This document shows positions 1 through 7,209 of a stretch of 40,189 nucleotides of DNA, piece by piece. The notes beneath the pieces were generated by a model, which saw only the letters and a program-made list of their open reading frames with translations, searched no databases and had not been told where the DNA came from. Location of the stretch: the NCBI GenBank assembly GCA_964014485.1, contig CAXHAT010000058.1, forward strand, positions 1 through 40,189, in the 5' to 3' direction. This DNA is from an uncultured Deferribacteres bacterium. GTDB lineage: Bacteria; Zhuqueibacterota; Zhuqueibacteria; Zhuqueibacterales; Geothermadaptataceae. Position numbers and translations under genes: made by a program. Every line of letters starts with the position of its first letter. Positions within the stretch are counted from its first letter, which is position 1.

Positions 1-1780
1 ATAGCAGTTTGCGCTGCGCCGTGAGGTGTTGACCGACTTTGATCGTGTAGAGATAAAGACCGCTCGCGACTCGTGTTCCCGAGTCGTCACGCGCATCCCA
101 GACGATGTTGTGCGATCCGGGATTGTACGCATCGGAAACCAGCGTTTTCACCAATTGTCCGGCGCTGTTGTAAATCTTCAGCGAAACCTGGCCCGCCTCG
201 ATCAGATCGAACTGGATCGTCGTGCTCGGGTTGAATGGGTTGGGATAATTCTGATGCAACGCGAAACTGTGAACTGTAAGCTGTGAACTGTGATTAGTTG
301 ACGGTTCACTGTTTACGGTCTTCGGGTTCTCACAGCGATCCAGCGCGCCGCAGTAATCTTCCCAGGCTTTCTTGTAATCCTTGATCGCATCGCCAAAATA
401 CGTGTCACCCGCTTCGGCGTCGCCATCGGCAAGATCGCTGTCGCCGTGATCAATGTCATCGGCCATTTTGTCGGTTGGACTTGGGTCGCACTCAAACGCG
501 TCTTCTCTCTTTTCCAGAGCGATATGACGCGCAAGATCGGCGAGTTCGCTGGCGATTTCGTCGGCGCCATCAGTGTCTTCGCGCGCTTCTTCCAACCTTT
601 CTGCAGCCTCGCGCAACGTGTCGAAAAGGTCTTCTGGATCGGTTGAGGCAAGTGCGTCGTCAAGCGCACCTTTGGCTTCTTGCAACGCACCCAAAGCGTC
701 GGGATCGGTCGCCGGGTCATCGATCAGCGCTTGGACGGCGGCGCAAGCCTCGCTGACAACATCGGCGTTGGAAAGCACAGTAACGGTGACTTCGTCAGTG
801 GCTTCACAGCCGTTTTCATCAGTGACGGTAACAGTGTAAGTCGTGGTGGTTGCCGGTTCAGCCGTCGGGTTGGCGGAGGATGGATCGTCGAGGCCGTCGG
901 TCGGCAACCAGGAGTAGCTCAATACGCCGGTTCCGCCGGAACCCGTCGTTACGCCTCCGATTTGCACGCTCGCGCCTTCGAAAATCTCCGCGTCCGCCCC
1001 GGCGTCGGCGGTTGGATATTTATCATCGGCCAAAACGCGATCGGTCGTTTCCATGTTAATCATCGTGCCGTTGCTGGCGTTTGCCGTCGCGTCAAAAACC
1101 GTTGCGCCGGAGGTTTCATTCATGCGCCAATAGCCAACCAGGCCATTTTCATCGCCATCGAGATTTTTGCACATATTTCCTTCGATATCCGTCTGGCTGC
1201 GAACGACGTTCCAGATTCGGAACTCGTCCATCTTGCCTTTGTGATAGAAAATGCGGCTCGCTTTATTCACCCAACGCCCGACGTCCAGACCGGTCAAAGC
1301 GGGCGCCGGCCCGTCGGAGGTATTTGCGGAAGCAACCAAAATCCCGTCCAGATAAATCGCTTGAAAATTGCCGCCATGTCCTTCGGAGACCAGCGCGACA
1401 TGCGTCCACTTATCCAAATGGGCGCTGTAATCGGTGCTGATTCGACCGGTGCTGGTTTTTGTTCTCGAATAGTCCCAAAACAGAAACTTATTGCTCCAGG
1501 GCGTGTGCGCTTGCAGACGATTGTGGTTGTTGTCTTGAAAACCGCCGGCGCCGAATCCCGAGCCTTGCCTTACTTCCGAAGTGCTGACGTAATTCCAAAA
1601 CTCTACCGTGATCGGCCCGCCGCCGGCAGGCCAAACGAATCCCGGGATGTTGACATATTCACCGCCCGCGTCGAATGCGAGGGCGTTGTCTGTTTGTGCA
1701 TTTGCCTTCTGTACAAAACCGCCGACGGCCGCCGCGACCATGACGGCAAAAAGAATATGAAGGGTCTGTTTGATCTTCAT
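1..1780 (-). CDS. Secreted modular protein (3' end runs off window): signal peptide, LamG/concanavalin-like domain, PKD/Ig-like domain, acidic helical domain, FlgD/T9SS-type C-terminal domain
   Basis: Not in the ORF track (no stop in window). Manual translation from ATG at 1780: MKIKQTLHILFAVMVAAAVGGFVQKANAQTDNALAFD..., LamG-like motifs ITVEFW, KWTHVALV, IYLDG, GKMDEFRIWNVVRS, GLVGYWRMNE. C-terminal HQNYPNPFNPSTTIQFDL...VASGLYLYTIKVGQHLTAQRKLL is closely similar to 1960..4422. Confidence 0.9.
   Translation of the reverse strand, partial: MKIKQTLHILFAVMVAAAVGGFVQKANAQTDNALAFDAGGEYVNIPGFVWPAGGGPITVEFWNYVSTSEVRQGSGFGAGGFQDNNHNRLQAHTPWSNKFLFWDYSRTKTSTGRISTDYSAHLDKWTHVALVSEGHGGNFQAIYLDGILVASANTSDGPAPALTGLDVGRWVNKASRIFYHKGKMDEFRIWNVVRSQTDIEGNMCKNLDGDENGLVGYWRMNETSGATVFDATANASNGTMINMETTDRVLADDKYPTADAGADAEIFEGASVQIGGVTTGSGGTGVLSYSWLPTDGLDDPSSANPTAEPATTTTYTVTVTDENGCEATDEVTVTVLSNADVVSEACAAVQALIDDPATDPDALGALQEAKGALDDALASTDPEDLFDTLREAAERLEEAREDTDGADEIASELADLARHIALEKREDAFECDPSPTDKMADDIDHGDSDLADGDAEAGDTYFGDAIKDYKKAWEDYCGALDRCENPKTVNSEPSTNHSSQLTVHSFALHQNYPNPFNPSTTIQFDLIEAGQVSLKIYNSAGQLVKTLVSDAYNPGSHNIVWDARDDSGTRVASGLYLYTIKVGQHLTAQRKLL
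265..319. repeat. In-frame 7-nt tandem repeat forming the linker before the C-terminal domain
   Basis: ACTGTGA ACTGTAA GCTGTGA ACTGTGA TTAGTTG ACGGTTC ACTGTTT; encodes TVNSEPSTNHSSQLTVHS on the minus strand. Confidence 0.75.
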
Positions 1781-1903
1781 TTCAAGTCTCTCTCGATTAA
1801 ACGGTTGTCAAGAATTCTTGTGAACTGTAATCAATAAACTCTGGCCGCGCTCTGGAAGGAAGCGACCTGAATTGCCTGATGAAAAGGCTCAACGGCAAAG
1901 CGT

Positions 1904-1933
1904 GAATCGCGTCTCCGGCCGGAGACGCGATTC
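1904..1933. terminator. Perfect 30-bp palindrome between the two paralogues (terminator or mRNA-stabilising stem)
   Basis: GAATCGCGTCTCCGG/CCGGAGACGCGATTC, about 26 nt after the stop of 1960..4422; no clear U-tract. Confidence 0.5.
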
Positions 1934-1959
1934 GCCGTTAACCAAAACAGGAGAATGAA

Positions 1960-4422
1960 TTACTTCATGAGCAAAAGCTTGCGCTGCGCGGTGAATTGTT
2001 GCCCGACTTTGATCGTGTAGAGATAAAGCCCGCTGGCCACGCGAGCACCGGAATCGTCGCGCGCATCCCAGACCACTTTGTGCGCGCCGGGAGCGTAATC
2101 GCCGGAAACCAACGAGCGTACAAGCTGGCCTGCGCTGTTGTAAATGTTCAGCGAAACATTGCCCGATTCGATGAGATCGAATTGTATCGTTGTGCTCGGA
2201 TTGAAGGGGTTGGGGTAGTTTTGATGCAGAGCGAAACTGTGAACTGTAATCTGTGAGCTGTTTACCGTTGACTGTTCACTGTTTACAGCCTTCGGGTTCT
2301 CACAGCGATCCAGCGCGTCGCAGTAATCTTCCCACGCTTTGCAATAATCCTTGATGGCGTCGCCGAAGTAGCCGTCATCGTATTCATCATCGCCGTCGGC
2401 CAAATCATTGTCGCCGTCTTCGATGTCATCGGCCATTTTACCGGAAGGGTTGGGATCGCAATCGTAGGCGGCTTCCCGTTTTTCCGTGGCGGTGTGGCGG
2501 GCGCAATCGGCCAAAACACTGGCGACGGGATCGGTGTCCGCGTGTTCTTCGCGCGCTTCTTCCAAAGCTTCAGCGGCGTCGCGCATGGCGTCGAGCGTTT
2601 TCTTGACGTCGCCTTCTTCGGCAAATTCAAAGGCTTCTTCCAAAGCTTCCTTGGCTTCTTCCAAAGGATCGATCGCGTCTTCCGGGGTTCCGGAATCGTC
2701 GATCAGCGCTTGCACATCGGCGCAGGCCTGGGTGATGACATCTTCTTTCGATAGAACCGTGACGGTGACGTCGTCAGTATCGACACAGCCGTTTTCGTCG
2801 GTGACGGTCACGGTGTAGGTGGTGGTGGAATAAATCTCGGCGGTCGGGTTGGCGGATGAAGCATCATCTAAACCAGTGGTCGGCGTCCAGGCAATGGTGA
2901 GCGCCCCGGTTCCGCCGGAGGCCGTGGTCACGCCGCCGATGGCGGTTTCCCCGCCCGCGAAGATCGTCGCATCTGATCCGGCGTCAGCGCTTGGGCTGGC
3001 GAATACTTCAATCACAACGTCATCGGTATCCGTGCCGCCGTTGCCGTCGTCGACGGTGAGTTCAATCGTGTGCGTTCCCACGCTCAGAGAAACAGTCGGA
3101 TTCTCGCCGGTTGCAATCGTGGTCGCGCCTTGTTTCCAGGTGTAAGTCAAAGCATCGCCGTCGGGATCGCTAGAGCCGGAGCCGTCCAGGGTGACGTCCG
3201 CCGAGCCGCCGGAGGTGCAGACTTGCTGATCCTCGCCGGCGTCGCTGGTTGGATCCTGGTTACATGTGATCGTCGGCAGCGAGACGCTGGCAACCGATCC
3301 TGATGCGCCGGCGGTTGGCGCCACATTGATATGAGAGGCAACCGTATTGCCGGGAGCACCGCCCGTGACGTTGGTGGTGTAAACGGAAGCGGGATGCAGG
3401 CTGCCGGACAATTTAATACGCCCTCCCCCCCCGCCGCCGCCGCCCATGCCCCAGCCGCCGGTCGTGGTTGCTTGGGTGCTGCCACCGTCGCCGCCGTGTG
3501 CGCTCAGCAAGGCGTTGGTCAGGGTGATCCCACAGCCGTTCAGCCAAATGCCGCCGCCCGAACCGCCGCCGCCGCCGGATACGCCAAGGGTTGCGCTGAA
3601 AACGCCCATCCCAGGAAGACCGTCGGCGCCGTCGGCGAGAATCGAGCCGTTGATTACGCCAATCGCAGGGGCTGTCAGTATGATTGCTCCGCCGCCATTT
3701 CCGCCAGCGCCGCCGAGGTTAAAATTTGTACTGCCGTGGTTGGCCGCACTGCCGCCGCCCGAGCCTGGCGTCACACCCGGAGGCGCTGCCGCGCCATAGC
3801 TTGGACCGCCCAGTGCGTGAGGAGGAAAATTAAAAAAGGGCGTTCCGCCGGTACCGCCAACGCCGCCGTAGCTTCCACCGCCGCCGCCGGGGCCGTGTAC
3901 GGTACTGCCATAACCTCCACCGTCGCCGCCGCCGGAACCTGAGCCCGCAACGCCGGGCGCCGCTTTTGTCGCCGGGGTTACGCCGCCGGCGAAACCGGCG
4001 CCCGTGCCGTCCAGCGTCCCTTCAATCAGAATCTCGTCCGCGGTAATCGCCAGCGCAACGCCGGGATCGACAAAGACGGTGACCCCGCTGGGGATGTGGA
4101 ATTTCCCCACATTGGTGAACGTGCCGGAAAGCACGTCGCCGTTGCTCGGCGTCAGGTCGGCGCCGCCCAGATCGCTGCCGGAAATCACGGCGTTGATGGT
4201 TCTTGGCGGCGTTATCGGTTGATCACTTTTTATCCTTTTGGCCAGAACGGGCGTTCCGACAACCAGAGTTTGGTCTTCATTCCCCGGCGCGTCGGTCACG
4301 GTCATTTCTCCGGTATTCGCGTCGATGGTATAGATTTTCCCGGTTTGGGCGAAAACGAGATTGGTCAGCCCGAACAAAAAAGTCAGGCAGAGTGTTGTGA
4401 TCGTGGTTTTTATTTTTTGCAT
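1960..4422 (-). CDS. Secreted modular protein: signal peptide, glycine-rich domain, two PKD/Ig-like domains, acidic helical domain, FlgD/T9SS-type C-terminal domain
   Basis: 820-aa ORF with GGAG RBS; signal ...NLVFA-Q; PKD-like ADAGEDQ...LDGSGSSDPDGDALTYTW; C-terminal QNYPNPFNPSTTI...WDARDDSG..VASGLYLY...RKLLLMK. Confidence 0.92.
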   Translation of the reverse strand: MQKIKTTITTLCLTFLFGLTNLVFAQTGKIYTIDANTGEMTVTDAPGNEDQTLVVGTPVLAKRIKSDQPITPPRTINAVISGSDLGGADLTPSNGDVLSGTFTNVGKFHIPSGVTVFVDPGVALAITADEILIEGTLDGTGAGFAGGVTPATKAAPGVAGSGSGGGDGGGYGSTVHGPGGGGGSYGGVGGTGGTPFFNFPPHALGGPSYGAAAPPGVTPGSGGGSAANHGSTNFNLGGAGGNGGGAIILTAPAIGVINGSILADGADGLPGMGVFSATLGVSGGGGGSGGGIWLNGCGITLTNALLSAHGGDGGSTQATTTGGWGMGGGGGGGGRIKLSGSLHPASVYTTNVTGGAPGNTVASHINVAPTAGASGSVASVSLPTITCNQDPTSDAGEDQQVCTSGGSADVTLDGSGSSDPDGDALTYTWKQGATTIATGENPTVSLSVGTHTIELTVDDGNGGTDTDDVVIEVFASPSADAGSDATIFAGGETAIGGVTTASGGTGALTIAWTPTTGLDDASSANPTAEIYSTTTYTVTVTDENGCVDTDDVTVTVLSKEDVITQACADVQALIDDSGTPEDAIDPLEEAKEALEEAFEFAEEGDVKKTLDAMRDAAEALEEAREEHADTDPVASVLADCARHTATEKREAAYDCDPNPSGKMADDIEDGDNDLADGDDEYDDGYFGDAIKDYCKAWEDYCDALDRCENPKAVNSEQSTVNSSQITVHSFALHQNYPNPFNPSTTIQFDLIESGNVSLNIYNSAGQLVRSLVSGDYAPGAHKVVWDARDDSGARVASGLYLYTIKVGQQFTAQRKLLLMK
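2235..2289. repeat. In-frame 7-nt tandem repeat linker
   Basis: ACTGTGA ACTGTAA TCTGTGA GCTGTTT ACCGTTG ACTGTTC ACTGTTT; encodes AVNSEQSTVNSSQITVHS. Confidence 0.8.
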
Positions 4423-4457
4423 GGTTGGTCTCCATTTTTTGAAATTGTTGGGGAGTC

Positions 4458-4497
4458 CAGTAATCAGTAATCAGTGAAAACTGAACACTGGTTACTG
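4458..4497. repeat. Intergenic inverted heptamer array (hairpin)
   Basis: CAGTAATCAGTAATCAGT-gaaa-ACTGAACACTGGTTACTG; 18-nt arms built from a CAGTAAT-type unit. Confidence 0.8.
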
Positions 4498-4501
4498 AGA
4501 A

Positions 4502-5662
4502 CTAAATCCCGGAAGAAGTGCTGAAGTCGTTCTTCTTGAACTCGTTGCCGGAATTGGCGGGAGCGTCGAAGAGATCAACGCCGCCGTTGCCGAGGCTGGT
4601 ATTCTTCTTCACGGTATTGTCATTGCTAGGCCCAGCGCCGCCGCCGCTTCCCGGAGAGAGACGAATGCCGTCGCCGGCGTTATTGTTGGTGATATTGTCC
4701 GAGCCGATGGTGTTGTCGTCGCAGCGCTTGTTGAGAAATATGCCGGTTCCGGATTCCGGACTGGTGACTAACTTGATGTTATCGCTGCAATTGTTGTCTT
4801 TCAGCTCGTTGCCGTCGCTGTCGTGGGACAAAAAGATGCCGGCATTGCCGTTGCCGGTGCAGGTGTTGCCGCTGAACTCGTTGTCGTCGGTATTTCGGGT
4901 GCGAATACCGGCGCGGTAGTTGTTGTTGAACGTGTTCTCGTCGATCTCGTTGTCATGGGAATCTTCCATGAAAATGCCATGCGGTCTGGCCGGGAAATCG
5001 AGATGATCGGAAGAGTTGTTGCCTTTCACTAGACAGTCGGTGCTGTTGAGCAAGGTGATGCCGGCCGCGGTGTTGCTCCCCCCTATAATGTTGAGGAAAC
5101 CTTTGATGTCATTGTCACGCAATTCCACTTCGCTGCTGTTGACTACGGCAACGCCGCCGTCGGCGGGCGCCGTAGTATAAGGGATCACGATAAAATTTTC
5201 CAACACGCCGCCGGTGACGCCGGAGAACTCGACCTTGCCGTCGATCTTGACCAAGCCCTCGGCGGTCAATTCGAGATCGTCGGTGGCAATGAAAACATTC
5301 TCGAAATAGGTTCCCGCCTTGACCTTGATTTTATCGCCGGGAGAAGCGTTGTTGACCGCGGCCTGAATCGTTGAATAATCGTCCGGCACGGTGATTTTAT
5401 CGCCCTGAATGCGGGCGGTTTCGCCGGAGCGGGCGCGATGCAGTTTTGCGTGTTTGGCTCTGTAAGCCTCGGTTTTGGCGCGGTATTCGGCGATGACTTT
5501 ATCGACGGCTTTGCGCATTTGCGCTTCGGTCAGACCGGTTTCGGGATCGACGATGTTCAGGTTTTGCTCATCAAGATCGACGGCGGCGGGCTGGTTCATA
5601 TTTTCGCAGCCCAAAAACGATAATGTTGAAATAAGAATCCCCGTGAGAATTTGCTTTTTCAT
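4502..5662 (-). CDS. Lipoprotein with right-handed parallel beta-helix (NosD/pectin-lyase-like fold)
   Basis: Lipobox SFLG-C; ITVPDDYSTIQAAVNNA cap motif; repeated N-x-GI-x-L...DNxIxxN rungs; GGAG RBS. Confidence 0.88.
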   Translation of the reverse strand: MKKQILTGILISTLSFLGCENMNQPAAVDLDEQNLNIVDPETGLTEAQMRKAVDKVIAEYRAKTEAYRAKHAKLHRARSGETARIQGDKITVPDDYSTIQAAVNNASPGDKIKVKAGTYFENVFIATDDLELTAEGLVKIDGKVEFSGVTGGVLENFIVIPYTTAPADGGVAVVNSSEVELRDNDIKGFLNIIGGSNTAAGITLLNSTDCLVKGNNSSDHLDFPARPHGIFMEDSHDNEIDENTFNNNYRAGIRTRNTDDNEFSGNTCTGNGNAGIFLSHDSDGNELKDNNCSDNIKLVTSPESGTGIFLNKRCDDNTIGSDNITNNNAGDGIRLSPGSGGGAGPSNDNTVKKNTSLGNGGVDLFDAPANSGNEFKKNDFSTSSGI

Positions 5663-5711
5663 AATTTTTGCTCCTCTACTATGATTGGTCGTTTTACGAT
5701 CTTCTGCATTT

Positions 5712-5784
5712 AAGAAACAGCCGACGGACGAGCCCCACGCCCGCCCGCCGACTTCGCCCCTTTGCCTGAAAGCGAATCTGTCGG
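5712..5784 (-). promoter_or_regulatory. Possible leader terminator with overlapping alternative hairpin
   Basis: Minus strand GTCGGCGGGCGGGC-gtggg-GCTCGTCCGTCGGC followed by TGTTTCTT, 50 nt before the start codon; the upstream hairpin CCGAC..TTCGC..GCGAA-GTCGG competes for the same GTCGG. Confidence 0.4.
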
Positions 5785-6130
5785 TTTGTTTTTAAGCATA
5801 GGAGAGCCTGGACGGCGGAGCACGCCCTTCAGCCGTTTGAAAACGAAAAGCAAAAATCAGTTTAAATTGAGGTAAATGTGTGTTTTGCACAGCTCTGCTC
5901 CCGTGACTTTTCGTGTTCGCGATTTAATCGGTTCAATGACAACAAACGTTTGTTCCTCAGGCGCCAGAAAAAGCGTTTCTGCGGATCAAGCCGTTCGTCT
6001 GCGTGTCATTTCGCCCTTATCGCAATCGTCAAGGGAGGAGCATACGCCGGGATGGGTTTCGGTCAGCGGTCTCGATTATCCCGCGCCAACCGAATCTCAG
6101 CGGGTCTCCTGCTTCGAAACAAGAGAAATT

Positions 6131-6230
6131 GTTGGAATGATGGATGAATGGATTGCTGGATTATTAGTAACGGGTTCACAAATGGATTAATATTCCATCA
6201 ATCCATGACTCCAATATTCCATCTTTCCGT
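6131..6230. repeat. Inverted octamer array (nnTGGAnT / nnnTCCAn units)
   Basis: Left GTTGGAAT GATGGATG AATGGATT GCTGGATT; right TATTCCAT CAATCCAT GACTCCAA TATTCCAT CTTTCCGT. Confidence 0.8.
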
Positions 6231-6395
6231 TTGCTCGTTTGAGAATCCGTTCTCAGGAAGGAAGCGCCGCGTTCATGCGTGCGCCTTTTTTGAACACATT
6301 AGGGTAGTACGTCTTGGTCGTGTTCTTTCTTTGTGATCTTTTTGAAGATACCTTTACATAATACAGTCACAGCGAAAAAATGCAGACAAGAAGTC

Positions 6396-6591
6396 TGTTA
6401 GGCCGAAGGCAGTTAGACTGTTGATCTCTGTAAAGTTATTTCTTGCTAATCTTTAGCAAAATTTAAATCTCAAGCAACAAGCGCCAAATCACAAATAAAT
6501 TCCAAACGTCAAAGCTCAAACGAGTGCGAGACTGCGGCCCTTGTTTAGAAAGCCGGTCGTAGATTGGAATTTGATAGTCTTCAGCCTAACA
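6396..6591. repeat. Element with 15-bp terminal inverted repeats enclosing a degenerate heptamer array
   Basis: TGTTAGGCCGAAGGC ... GTCTTCAGCCTAACA (13/15); internal AAATCTC AAGCAAC AAGCGCC AAATCAC AAAT...; no target duplication seen. Confidence 0.5.
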
Positions 6592-6609
6592 ACCTGTTCC
6601 GAAAAATTC

Positions 6610-6677
6610 CGCAACGGGGGAAGCATACGAGCCCTCGGGATTCGAGACCTGGACTCGGATTGCGATACCCCGTTGCG
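6610..6677. repeat. REP-like imperfect hairpin
   Basis: CGCAACGGGG ... CCCCGTTGCG perfect 10-bp arms with partial inner pairing. Confidence 0.5.
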
Positions 6678-6749
6678 TTTATGCTTTTTTGCGTCGCTTC
6701 AATAAGATCATCTTGGCGTAAAGATATGAAAATCAGACTATGGGGTGCA

Positions 6750-6791
6750 TAGGACGAATCTTGCAAAATCTAGGACAAACTTGACATTTTG
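6750..6791. promoter_or_regulatory. Candidate AraC-type tandem binding site
   Basis: TAGGACGAA (6750) and TAGGACAAA (6771), 21 bp apart, the second abutting TTGACA, in the divergent region upstream of an AraC-output HTCS. Confidence 0.35.
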
Positions 6792-6866
6792 TGCCTGGAT
6801 TCAGGATTTTGGCTTTTTTTGCCTTCACTACCTGACACTTTTTAAAGCAACTTCGCGAGTGCCTCA

Positions 6867-6972
6867 AAAAATCCAAAATTGTCATGCTGTAAGCATCTTT
6901 TTCGATCTAACCCTTGAACTCTTGGGGAAATCTGTGCCGGACGCTAACAAAGATTCTTACAGCATGACAATT
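6867..6972. repeat. REP-like palindromic element (GTCAT...ATGAC type); related copy at 26923-27027
   Basis: AATTGTCATGCTGTAAGCATCTTT / AAAGATTCTTACAGCATGACAATT inverted arms (23/24); about 35 nt of the left part is nearly identical to 26923-26957. Confidence 0.85.
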
Positions 6973-7209
6973 CGAGGCATCCTCGCCAAGTCTAAACGGC
7001 AATTTGTAAAAAGTGTCAGGCAGTGAATTTTTTGCCGAGGGTCAGACGGCGAGTGCGAACTTTACGGAAAGTTCTTTTTCTCAAGATTCGTTTCGATTGC
7101 AATTTTCTTTGTCAATGATCAATGTAGATTTTTTTCAGCCGCATACTTCCGCGAATCAGGTAGTTTTTCTAAAACGATTCGCTCGCCGCAGAAAAGGAGC
7201 CCGACAATC

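Noticed and set aside
680..1837. 385-aa plus-strand ORF, and similar long ORFs at 13466..14704, 19851..20939, 32885..33760 and 36773..37792
   Set aside because: Antisense shadows of well-supported genes; no recognisable motifs.
1850..1890. SRP RNA (GGAAGGAAGC) or hammerhead/fluoride motif (CTGATGA)
   Set aside because: The required flanking stems and other conserved motifs are missing.
6397..6590. Integron cassette or attC (GTTAGGC ... GCCTAAC)
   Set aside because: No matching GTTRRRY closes an attC after GCCTAAC, no cassette ORF and no integrase.
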